Assembly (NCBI GenBank): GCA_051941275.1
Contig: JAVEBF010000049.1
Coordinates: 1 to 39,501 of the forward strand
Reading direction: 5' to 3'
DNA length: 39,501 nucleotides
Source of the DNA: Dirinaria sp. TL-2023a
Taxonomy: Eukaryota
This document shows, one piece after another, positions 20,318 through 32,067 of the stretch (position 1 is the stretch's first letter; every line of letters starts with the position of its first letter). The notes beneath the pieces were generated by a model. It saw only the letters and a list, made by a program, of their open reading frames with translations, made no database searches and had not been told where the DNA came from. The position numbers were made by a program, and so were the translations under genes.

Positions 20318-22068
20318 TGGGAGGCCTTGGGGCCGAGGTATGCGGAGGGTAATCGAGAGAGTATGGGAAGTCGGCGAAAATGAGGAAGCTCTAGTAGCAA
20401 TCGCGGTGGGAGAGGTTATGACTGGAAGTCAACAGGGTTGGAGTTCACATCGACCGTCGCAGCTGGGTAGCCTAGGTTGCAGGTTGCAGGTGTGGGTCAA
20501 GGTCCGAGCGAGCAATCAGGAGACGGGAGAGGAGGAGCCGACAACGCAAGCCTTGCACGAGCATGGAAGGACGATGGAAATTTTGGGGACGAGGAGAGAG
20601 GGGAACGCGGTACTTATATGTTGGGAAAGCGGCGAGGGGCTGTGCCGGTCCACCTTGCCCGATCGGGGGGACGCCAAACCCGGCCTGGCGGACACCTCGA
20701 CCCAGATAACAGAGTATGTCCAGGGCAGGTAGGCGCCCGTGCGCTGAGCGATCATGTCTCAAAGTAGTATTTGGTCTCGTGCCGGGAAGGATTACGCCAA
20801 TAATAGTCCTGGCACTGGCAGACACCTGCAAAGCCACTCGGGTCTTCCGAAAGGCACCTTGGATGAGATGAGCGTCCGGCGGATTACTACTGAATACCTA
20901 CCGCAGATAGGGTATAGATGGGCCCCCTTGGAATGGCCCCCGACAGCCAATTCTTGGCACCGCTAGGACATGAGATACTCCTCCGAATTTGGTAGTCCTT
21001 GAGCAAGGATACTTACCGTAAGGTAGGTTTGTGATAGGATTAAGCCTTGAGTGACGGCAGTTCGATACTCCATTATCACAAAGTTAAGAGCATCTTCTCA
21101 TCAGCGGCAATATGCAGCTGCGATATGTACGTGTTTTGACGACTTCAGGATGAATGAATGCTTGTCAGGCCACTCAACGATAGCCTACCTTACGAATTGT
21201 CGATTCATTGGACCCATAGAGATATCTACTCCTGTGCTTATGGATTAGACAATCGTGATCTAGAGTTATTATCAAATTCGAATGTGCCAGCTGGTTCTGT
21301 GAGAGGCACAGTAGCAGCCGTATTCTTGATTTCAAATCATATTAGTCAATTCAAGACTACATGTAGAAGTCTCGTCCACAGAGGAGAGAAAACAAAAGGA
21401 CAGAGGCTCGGAGTAATGAGATCTAAAAGGAGTAGTCCAAAAATGCTTGGGAGTGAAATGAAATGTGTGGCCTGCTGGCTAAGTTTCAGCATTTTGAGTT
21501 AAAGCCCGACTTCAGCTCGAGGTCCAAAATGTTGAAGGAAGACTGCTCGTCGCATGATACTCCTCACATGCTGGCAATTATCAGAAAGCAGGTACATAGG
21601 CGGGCTGGAAAGTGAAGATCAAGTGGCTGTTCAAAGGAGCGCTTGAAGAGTTTGTCAACCATGCCACAGCCTCAGGTTATACATGTTCCGAAAGGCTGGA
21701 GCAAAGGGGGAAATTCGTTCTCATACTCAACGCTCATCTACTCGGATAACCTGCTTTATCTTGTAGGCAGGACAAGCAGAATCGTATTTAGTGGCAGGTC
21801 GTTTCGTTACCTCGTAGAAAGGCTATCACTTGAGGAAGCTGCAATGTATGTGTAGTGGTCCCTTGTACTTCCTCCTGAGGAGTATGACGTAGAAGCGCTG
21901 CCGAAGCCATCGCGGCGGTATAGATAGAGGTCTTTCCGATAGTGATTGCTTTTTTAAGACATGCTATCGCTTAATAAGTTGCGACTTCGAGGTTTCAAGG
22001 TATTTTTTTGGTACACAGCTGGCTAAATACATGCTACTGACAATGGTACGATATGTATCAGGCCAATA

Positions 22069-24147
22069 TTAGCCTTCTTCACCCGGACCAGGACCCCCTT
22101 GTCGTCCCTATCTCTTGTTAGTCTAGGCATTCGTGTAGTTCAGGTCTGACTTACCATTTGCCTTGCCTTCAATATTTCATCGCAAAGTAACAGGTTCGAT
22201 GCTATGCCTGAACTGGACGCTATGCAATTGCGCAGAACTCTGAACGAGTCATATACACCCTCCTGGATCGGATCCATCGGCTCACCGGTCTTCAGGTCAA
22301 GCCCGACTATATTGCCCTCTGATTGCTCATCCTGCAAAGCGGCCACTGTGGAGCTTCATTAACACCCTTTTGAAAGAGGGAAACACGAGATCACTTACAG
22401 CAATCTTGTATGTCATGCCCTGAATTAGCAGCCAAAGTCTTCGGAATGACTAGCAAAGCATCTGCAAAAGCCGAGACGCCGTACTTAGCTTTCCCTTTCA
22501 CTTGTTTCCTAAAGTCCTCGCTCGATAAGTGAGCGGCACACGCTATCTGAAAGGCTCCTGCTCCTGGTACAACGCTTTTATCGACGATCATATTGTAAAC
22601 ACTCCGCAGACCATCGCGCACAGCATCTGTGATCTGCGTTATTGTATGGGCATTGGGTCCTTTGATTAAAAGAGTAGAAGATTTTGGATCTTTGACGTCC
22701 TCCTGCGCCTGGAATTAGCGAGCTGAAATTGGACAAGCTTTGGATGTCTTACGATGAAAGTATATTTCTCTTCTCCCAACTGATGTTCATAAACGAGGCC
22801 TGCCCAGCCAAGAACATCTGGGGTTAAATCGTCCACGCTGTTTTGTGCAGTTCCGCCGCAGACCAGCTGTAATCTTTCCATATTCCTTCTTTTAGCACGT
22901 CGCAGAGCAAAGATCCCGTTCTTGACCAGTACATCAAGACTCAGTGGATCTATTCCTTTCTGGTTGATTATGACAAAGCCTTTCTTTGGATCATTCCCAC
23001 AGACCTCCTTTTTCAGCTCCACGATCTTTCGGAGTTTGTCATCGACAAATCTCCGCTCACTTTCGACAAGCTTTTCCCGCTGCTCTGCATTTGAATAGTA
23101 GAAGCCCGAGTTGACCTCCGACTTTTCGTACTCTAGACTTACATTCAAGGTGAGAATATAAGCATTTTCGACTCGCTTTGGCATGTCTGGATGCCTAGCG
23201 CCGTGATCGAGCGCTAGTCCCTTGATTAACGAGGTATCAGATGCGGTTCTGTGTTGCATTTTCATGATCTCGACCATATGAAGGTCCGGCTTCGCTGGAG
23301 GATGGTAGATCGATAAGACGGCGTCGACGATGGCGGGCGTAAGCTTTCCAGCAAGTGTTGCGTTAAGCTTTGTTGCTAACGATGTCCGGGCTACCGAAAG
23401 TAGGAGCTCTCTGTCAACTTCTTTCTGAAGCTTGAATGAGTCCAGAAACTACAGCCGAATTAGTAGGGATTCATCTGGCAGCTTGCAAGTATTAACTTTG
23501 AGCGTTTCTGTTTTAGCAATTTCGTAACCGTCTGTAATTATTCGTGGGTGCAGTCCTTCTGTTATGTATCGATCTGCTTGCTTCAACAACTCTCCAACCA
23601 TCAAGACCACTGATGTTGTTCCATCTCCGGTGATATCGTCTTGCGCAGTAGCTGCTCGAGCAATCATGACCTATGGCCCTTAGCATACGTGGCACAAGAC
23701 CCACAAAGCAACGCCTACCGCAGTCGGGTTTTGTATTTGCTGAGTTTTGGTCAGCCTTCCTTGAAAAAATTTCCAACTGAGAGACGGACCATTTCCCTCA
23801 ATAGAACGTTTCCATCCTTAGTCAATTTGATCTGCTTGCTGGTAAGCACGATTTTCTAGTGGCGAAAAACCTGGGATCAGGCCCATACAGCTCCTGCCCC
23901 ATCCACAAGCCTGAACAACGTAAGCCATAGCCTTTTACCAAAACTCCGAAATGTACAAACATTTTTATGGTACCAGTTGGTCCCAGGTTCGACTTGAGAA
24001 CATTTTGCAAGCCTTCACCAGCTGATATATTGACCTGAAGGGCTTCTCCTCGCCTCTGAATCGAGTCAGTGTCTGGGTATAGCTTGGAAAAGACTCAATA
24101 CACACCCTCGACTCCGCTTTAGGATTCAGAAGCTGTGCAGCGGACAT
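22069..24147 (-). CDS. CCT6: T-complex protein 1 subunit zeta (chaperonin CCT), multi-exon
   Basis: [77 protein letters not shown] and [11 protein letters not shown] are all present. Confidence 0.97.
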
Positions 24148-24456
24148 AGCTTAACAATTCAGGCTTAGATAGAAAAACTTAGCATTGCAATCTCGAGTCC
24201 ATCCTCATAATTTCTGCCTTGTGTTATCAAATATGCTTTTGTACTCGGCAGAGCGCGCAAACAATTTTGACGCGGCGCGCTAGGGCTGAGATTGAATGAT
24301 CCCTGCAACATTAAGCGAAGCTTGAAAATCATCTCTACCTTACATCTCGAGCTTCTTGGGCCTTGCTACAGGGCAAGGATTGCACAATTACTTCTGCCTG
24401 GGAAGCGTGCTATCCGCTTATCCTTCGGCGTGCAGAGGTCAGCCCAGCATCTCAAG

Positions 24457-26262
24457 ATGTCGGTCGACTATCTTCTGCATGAGTCCTCTGTGGGCTATGC
24501 GATATTTCAAGTCGTCCACCAACCAGACACAGTCGGCAACCGATTGAAAGAAGTTCAAGATTCCGTACAGGTATATATTTGCAGTCGATGGGAGCAGAGA
24601 GTAGTTTTGACATCATTCTAGGATCTGGCCAAATTTGGGAAGATGGTGAAGCTCGTCAGCTTCGCGCCGTTTCAGTACGAGATGATCAATTAATTGACCC
24701 CAGTAAAACCCGTTACTGATTGGCATACAGAGGTGCAGCCCAGGCGCTAGAGAATGCGAACGAAATATCCGAGGGCATTGCATCGGAGTATCTTACGTCG
24801 CTACTAGAGGTCAATCTGCCCAAATCGAGCAAGAAGAGCAAAGTCACTCTTGGGGTCTCGGATAGGAATCTCGCTGGTAGTATTAAAGCCGCTTTTCCCG
24901 GCATGGAGTGCGAGACGGGGGACACGAGCGAAATAGTCCAAGATATGCTTCGTGGCATACGGCAACATGCGCCCAAGCTTCTGAAGCAGCTACAAGAAGG
25001 GGACGTTGAGCGGGCACAGCTTGGTTTGGGGCATGCATACTCAAGAGCTCGGGTTAAATTCAGCGTGCAAAAGAACGACAACCATATAATCCAAGCCATT
25101 GCGACATTAGATCATTTGGACAAAGCTATCAATACTTTTTCCATGCGAGTCCGCGAGTGGTACTCATGGCACTTCCCAGAGCTTATCCGGATCGTCTCCG
25201 AGAACCAGGCGTATGCTCGATTAACCCTGTTTATTCGCGACAAAAAACGCCTGTCAGATGATGATCTGCCGGAGCTGACTACGCAAGTCAATGATGACGA
25301 GACAATTGCAAGAAGCATCATCGATGTAGCAAAAGTGAGCATGGGCCAGGATCTCTCCGAGAGCGACATGGAACACGTCACAACATTCGCATCGAAAGTG
25401 GTCAGCTTAGCAAGCTATCGCAGAACATTGCACACCTACCTGATCGAAAAAATGGGCGTCGTGGCACCGAACCTGGCAGCGCTCATCGGCGAGGTGGTCG
25501 GCGCGCGACTGATATCCCACGCGGGCAGCTTGACGAACCTGTGCAAGTATCCCGCGTCGACGGTGCAGATCCTCGGCGCCGAAAAAGCGCTCTTCCGGGC
25601 CCTGAAGACGAAAGGCAACACGCCGAAATACGGCCTGATCTACCACTCCTCCTTCATCGGCAAAGCCGGGCAGAGGAACAAAGGCCGGATCTCGCGCTTC
25701 CTGGCCAACAAATGCTCCATCGCATCGCGGATCGACAATTTCTCCGAAGCGCCGACGACGAGGTTCGGCGACGCGCTGAGGAAGCAAGTCGAGGAACGAC
25801 TGGATTTTTATGACACGGGCGCTCCGCCCACGAAGAACGAGATGGCTATGGTCTGTGCTTTCCCCCGCGCCCCCCGCAGGTGAACGCATGCGTACTATGA
25901 TGACTTTTTAACTAACATGACAATAACAGCGCAACGCAATGGACCACGTCCTGGAAGAAATCGACGTCCAAGACCCGACCGCAACAGTGGACAAAGACAC
26001 CGAAATGGCTGACGTCGCCCCGCGCGCCGTCCAGAAGCAGGAAAAACAGAAAAAGGACAAGAAGAAAGATAAAAAGAAGGAGAAAGAAGAAAAAAGGGAA
26101 AAGAAAGAGAAGAAGAAGGAGAAGAAGAAGCGGAAGCATGATGAGGTGGTGGATGGTGGTGGTGGTGAGATCGAGAAGAAGCCTGAGCTGCCCAACGGGG
26201 AAGAGCTGGCGGAGGAGAAAAAGAAGAAGAAAAGGAAGAAGTATAAAGGGACCGAGGAATGA
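24457..26262 (+). CDS. NOP56: Nucleolar protein 56 (box C/D snoRNP core); introns 24571-24621, 24675-24730, 25851-25929
   Basis: MSVDYLLHESSVGYAIF, AQLGLGHAYSRARVKF, MRVREWYSWHFPEL, YPASTVQILGAEKALFRALKTKGNTPKYGLIYHS and GRISRFLANKCSIASRID, plus a KKE/D-rich tail. Confidence 0.96.
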
Positions 26263-26942
26263 TAGTCCTTCTTTTCTTTTTCCCCATCCTTCCCTCAAAC
26301 TCCTCTCTAAACCTATCAATCCTTTGCGAATATTTATTTCTGCGCGAAAGGCCAGCATGGATGGACGGAGTTTTTACCTAGGCACGTAGGTAGATCAAGC
26401 GCTGCGGAACGAAGGTATCTTCAGCGATTTAATTGTACGTTTTTTTTTTTTTTTAGCCCAAACAAAAGATCTCGGCGAAATGGGGATGTAGCACGATCTT
26501 CGAGTGAGTACTGTACTCGAAAGCGAGATGTAAAAATCCTTAGAAGCCAAAAATCAATTGCATACAACCAACCAACCTGAGGGGATGCATATACGTTCTC
26601 AAAAAGCCAAGCGCTTTGGTCTTCTGCCCTGAACCGCACCCCCAAAGAGTTGGTCTGTCGAGATTGGGAAAGATCAGGAAAGAAAAGAAGAATTACACCA
26701 TTAATTAGTTAGTCAACTTTCGTGATAGGTAGGTTTTAGCAACAAAAATCTTGATATCTTATGTTACTGATACACTTCCGAGCAGCACTATATGTAACCT
26801 CTCCATGAGCCACGCTCAGTTATCTGCTTGTACGAATACACATATCATGATCCCCGATATCCCTCAACTCTCCGTCCACCTTATGCGTTCAATCTACAGC
26901 ATACGAGGGAGGGGCTCTGCTGCCATTTCTAAATCTGGCATC

Positions 26943-26945
<3 letters not shown>

Positions 26946-26975
<30 letters not shown>
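26946..26975. repeat. (TC)n microsatellite just downstream of the RTF1 stop codon
   Basis: About 15 TC units read directly. Confidence 0.9.
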
Positions 26976-26977
<2 letters not shown>

Positions 26978-26979
26978 CT

Positions 26980-29057
26980 TCAGATATCGATCTCGATTCC
27001 AAAGTCCATCGCACCAATGATCTCATCATCCGCGCAGCTACGTCCGATGCGAGGCAACCCTCCTTGCGGTTGCTTCAACGGAGTAACCTGCCTCTTCACC
27101 TTCGGTGTCGGCGTTCCGCCTCGACTCCCAGTGACTGGGGTACCCGCTCGGCTACCGTCGCTCTTCCCGTCGAACAAGTCATCGATTGCCTGCTTCGCTT
27201 TCGGCACGGCCAGCTTATCGGCATTGACATCGTAGTGGGTTTTCGCCCTCGTCTTGACACGCGCGAAGGGATCCATGACTCCCTCACCACGGGCAACGGC
27301 TTCCATTGCGAGCCTCTCCGCTTTCTTCTCTGCCCGCTGCGCTTTACGGACGTCTTCAGTGTTGGCCTTGCGGTTTGCACGATTGAGTGCTGCAAGGCGC
27401 TCTTGCTGAGTCAAGCCTTCCTTGGGAGGGCTGGGAGGACGTTGGTGAAGTTTGGTGCCAAAGGCAAGCTTAGGGCCATCAATAGCGGCGAGCTCTGCAT
27501 CGAGCTGAGCGATGGCGGTTTCATCACCACGCTTCTCGGCGAGGCCGCGGCGGCGCATGATATCTTCTCGTTCAATGTGTGCGAAGCGGGCTTGGAGGAC
27601 GCCGGCACGCTTGAGTTTAACGTCAAGCTCTTCATTAGTCCAGGAGCGATTTATCAGGTTATTGATGTCCGCGATTTTGGAGATGAGGGAAGTTTTGGTG
27701 GGAAGGACCAAATCTTCGGATGTCATGGTCTTGATGTACCGTTCAAACTCCGCCTGTATATATTAGTTGAAGATTGGACATGCAGAGAAAACTTAAATAC
27801 CGATGTGAATTTCTGGTTCGAGCAGGCTATGAAAGGCATGTCTTTCTGAGACTTGCCGATGGCGACCGTAGCGTATTGGTTGGTAGGGAACGCTTTACCA
27901 TTAGCACTCTCAATAGCGTAATGCTTGCCTTCATTAAAGCCTAGGCTTGTCAGCTGCAGAAATTGTGAATACCTTGATCGAAATACCTGTGATCTGTGCA
28001 ACACGATAGATGGATTCGCCGGAAGCTTTGTCGATTCCAATATTGACACGGACGTAGCAACCCGTTATAGCTTCGTTAAAGCCAGGATAAAAGCAGACCT
28101 GAGCAAAATTATCGCGGCCCACGCGTACACGCTCGTAGTCCACTAGCTGTGCTGGTTCTTCCGCACGCTTTGTTTGAGCAGATGGGGCACGCTCATCCCA
28201 CTCAACTTCGCTGTCCCCATCGGCATCTGCATCAGACTCGTGGTCAAGAGGGGAAGACTCCTGCAGCTTGCGATTGCGACGTTCTTCGCCCTCAAGACGA
28301 CGTTGTTCAACTCGAGCCTTATTCTCTTCACGTTGGCGAGAGTAGGCTTCGATACGAGAAGAGTCTCCAACTTTCCGTCCGCCAAGTGTTGTCTTTTGGC
28401 GAGTGCTCTTTCGCTTTGGGCTATCTTCCAGCTCTGCAGTATCGGCTTTACGTTTCTTCTCGGATTTTGCTTCAGCGTTTCCACGAGCTTGGAGAAGGCG
28501 TCGAAGATGCTGATCTTGTAGTTTGCGTTCTCGGAGCTGCGCACGCTCGGCTAGGATGGACTCACGCTGAACTTCGGATAAGGACATTATCTCTCTCTTA
28601 TCTTTTTCAGAGAAGAACTGGCCATCGACAGGAAATATCGGGCTGTCGTCACCGACTTCCCTCGCGGGTGAGGTCTCTGATTCGGATTCTGACATTGGGG
28701 CGGATTGTAGGGACTCTGGAGACGAAGGGTTTGAAGAACTGATGGAAGGTGTAGTGAGCAGCATACTCTGTGATGGTGTAATGAGGATCAAGTGCAGAAC
28801 ACTTACGCCTCCCCTTCTTCGGAATCATCCTTCTTAGCCTTTCTGCGACTCCGGCTAACAGTTCCGTTCACTTTGATTGTAGGGTTTTGAGCCATTCTAG
28901 GCTGTGTAGACGAGGCTCTATTCATGCTGTCGCTTTCGTGGCCAGCGTGCGAGGAAGGAGAGGAAGCCTTTGCGTCACTAGGAATGTGCTTGGTGTCATC
29001 TTCCCCAGAAGAGTCGCCTCCCGCAAGCGCGAGAAGCTCCGCATCCAAATCCGCCAT
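26980..29057 (-). CDS. RTF1: Paf1 complex subunit Rtf1 (Plus-3 domain), multi-exon
   Basis: MADLDAELLALAG start, HMD-like SLSEVQRESILAERA, Plus-3 region GCYVRVNIG...YRVAQI...MPFIACSN, and C-terminal LAALNRANRKAN...DPFARVKTR. Confidence 0.93.
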
Positions 29058-29568
29058 AGTGTGTTAGCGCTTTGTTGCTTCACTACCTAATTCTGAGGCT
29101 ACGTTGCTATAGTGACGTGACGAAGCCCGCTTCGTACTTCCAAAGTTCAAGGTAATAGCCAAAAGATAATGCCAAGTATAGAATTTGGGAGAGTCCCAAA
29201 ATGTTGAACGTCGATATTTATTAAAACAGGAGGACTCTTGAAGTCCAGGAATCGAGCCAAAGTCGTAGGTTGGGAAGAACCTGCTCAAAAAGGTCTTGAA
29301 TCATTTGAGGAATCGAGAAGAACAATGAAAAGCTACTCCAGTGAAGTGGTTTTCGGGACACCCGTTGAGAGTGAAGCTCCGACGCTAAAATAGACGCGCT
29401 TTTAGCGCGGTCTGCCCCGAGCGATAGCGGGCCGAGGAGGCCTCGGGCGTGTCGGTTCATCATAACCCTAATACAACCCTTGGATATGAATTGAGCATAG
29501 GTAGGTACCTTAGGTACAGCTAGGTGAGGTATTGGATTGCTGTCACTTGCGTCAGAGTAATTTCCACT

Positions 29569-30397
29569 ATGAACGTAGCCAAAGCCCTCCGATCAACCTT
29601 CCAACAGTCTCTTTGCCACAGACATCCGATCTATGATTTTCTCCTCCCTAACGTCTCCCAGCTCCCTCGTTCGAGAGCGCGACATGCATCCACTTCCGCT
29701 CCAGTACTTGAATCCGCATCTCCATCTCCCCTTTCAGAGGAGACACCTCCAAAAGCAAAAAAGCGAAGACGTCCCCTTTCCCGAGAACAGCAGGAATTCT
29801 TAGACAGTGCCGTACGTACATCTCTTCTTCCCGTCCATAGCTATTTCACGCTAACGATTCCAGCTCCGAGTGAATCATGCCGGCGAACTCGCCGCGACGC
29901 TCATATACAGCGCCCAAACACCTCCGATTCTAAAATCGCATCCCCATCTCCGTTCTCTGATGCATCACATGTATGCCCAGGAAGCAGGACACTTCTCAAC
30001 TTTTTCCTCGCTGCTTGCGAAACACCGTGTACGTCCCACAGCCATGTATCCGGTGTGGACAGCCGCTGCCACCATATTAGGGTGGGGGACTGCGATCATG
30101 GGACGGGAAGCCGCCATGGCCTGTACAGAGGCTGTAGAGACAGAGATTGGCGGACACTACAACGGACAAGTGAGGGTGTTGCTGCAATGGATGAGAGAAA
30201 TGGAGGATCGAGGGGAAGAGGTGGGCGATGAAATCCGGGAATTGGTCGGTACGTTAAAACGGATACGTGACGAAGAACTAGAGCACTTGGACGAGGCAGT
30301 GGAGCAAGATGCGAAGCAAGCTGGCGGATACACGCTGTTAAACCGTGTGGTGAGAAGTGGATGTAAAGGAGCCATCTGGATTAGTGAAAGAATTTGA
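29569..30397 (+). CDS. COQ7: 5-demethoxyubiquinone hydroxylase (Coq7/Cat5); intron 29812-29863
   Basis: LRVNHAGELAATLIY, QEAGH, AAMACTEAVETEIGGHYN, IRDEELEHLD and GCKGAIWISERI, with a mitochondrial-leader-like N-terminus. Confidence 0.95.
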
Positions 30398-30478
30398 TTT
30401 CGTTGATGCTGCTCTTGGATATACAAAAAGCATTTATGCCCTTTCGTCTCGAGCAGCGGTCGACGGCCAGATTTTTAT

Positions 30479-31643
30479 CTACTTGGTCCACGGTAAAGGC
30501 TGAGCGTACCACTCACACTTCGTTTCTCCACCTCTCCAAAAAACCAAAGGTCCCACACTCCTCGGGATGCCGGAATGACAGACTTCGAGTAGCTGTTCCT
30601 CAGTCCAGCCTCTGTCCTCGCGCTTATCTTGTAAGAAAAGTTGGGCAGCATAAGGGTCCTTTTGCCAGGATCCGAAACCCTTGTTCTCCTCCCCAATGTC
30701 GAGATCAAGCCTTGGAACAACATCTTCTGGCGGATCGATACCGACGAACGTGAATCGATCGAGCGGCCATCGTATAGCTCGGCAATGCAGCTCGATGAAA
30801 CGCCGTTTCTTGAAGTCGTGGGAAATCAGCGTGATATGTTTAGGCCACCGCCTCAAAATCGTATAATAGCGCAAGATGGAGAAGAGCAAATTCTGGTAGG
30901 AGTCGACAGCGGCATCTTCGGTGACGATGTGGCTGCTCACTTCGGGCTCGGCCAAGGGAATTTGATAGTACTCATTTGCTCGCGCTGCCCACTGTACATT
31001 ATTACGATCAGTCAGAGCCTACAGAAAATACATGGAGACTAATTGGCGGTCCGAGCTTTGAAATACGCGGCAAAAAAAAAAAGAGCACGCCTAAAGAAAA
31101 TTCTATGTACGATATTAATTTCCGTAGGATAGGAGAGTTTCAACTAGAAATCGTATTGTCTTATCCACCGTAGTCATAAAATGCATATAAGAAATATTGC
31201 AATTCAATGAGACCGATTTGACATACAAAATACGAGGCTGCCTCGCTCAATTCCGTCCGATCCTTCTTCGTCGGGCCACTTCAAATCGTAAGTCCAGCGT
31301 TGAGGAACAGGGAAGTAGTCTTTGGCAGAGCGTACCCCGAGAACACTAGCAATGAATTACGATTCTCGCTTAATTTCTGGAGACCGGTTTTGATGTGCTG
31401 GACGAAGGTTGCAGTCTCACCCGGGTCCTGGAAATCTTCGATGAGCCTGAGAAGCGTTAACAATTGTCGAGACCTGCGATGTAGAATCGCTCGGGCTACT
31501 GATGATCTTTGTGGGCTGGTACTGCTTATTCAAGTTGCAACTCACCATTCCAGCGGGATACTCCCTTTTCCAGGGCCGGGCAGGCAGATAGCATGGCAGC
31601 ATACGATGATCAGATGATTAATGAACCACCGGCGTGTCGGCAT
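30479..31643 (-). CDS. Conserved fungal DUF218-like protein (yeast YOR238W-like), multi-exon; alternative in-frame ATG at 31718
   Basis: HLIIVCCHAI, GETATFVQHI, LLVFSG, SEAASY, AVDSYQNLLFSI and ISHDFKKRRFIELHCRAIRW. Includes a ~230-nt AT-rich intron near 31226-30993. Confidence 0.8.
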
Positions 31644-32067
31644 GGCCGGCGAACGATGCTTGTGATATTCGACAAGCCACTTGGCTGCGAGAATCCGCTT
31701 GTCTGCCGGTTCCGCCATCTCCCGCTGTATCGAAGCACGTGATGAATAGAATGTACAAAACTACTATATTCAGTTGAAAAAGCAAATTTGGTGTAAGGTA
31801 TGCAATCTTGAAGCTTGATGTCTAACATGCAACCAGCTTGATGCTCGTATGTAATTACAACCGGTCTCGTCCTTTCTTGACAAAGAAGTATCTGTTCCCT
31901 ACATGGAGGGATAGCCTGGGTAGGAACGCTGGGCACCCATCCGTCAATGCCGCCTGCTGCAGGTTTCGAATGCGCCTGACTATGCTTGTGGATAATCGCT
32001 AAATCGAATCGCTAAGCTGAACTCAAAGGCTAAAATAGAAAGATTCCTCACAATGAGTAGACCCAAT

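Noticed and set aside
18144..20732. Plus-strand ORFs of 140-262 aa
   Set aside because: No recognisable domains and mostly non-ATG starts. They are probably antisense shadows in GC-rich sequence whose splice signals lie on the minus strand.
25851..25929. ATGATGA in a NOP56 intron suggesting an intronic snoRNA
   Set aside because: There is no downstream CTGA box D, and the motif sits beside the branch point of a 79-nt intron.
29463..29471. TAACCCTAA as a telomere repeat or telomerase RNA template
   Set aside because: Single copy in a ~500-bp divergent promoter, which is too short for a filamentous-fungal telomerase RNA. Expected by chance.
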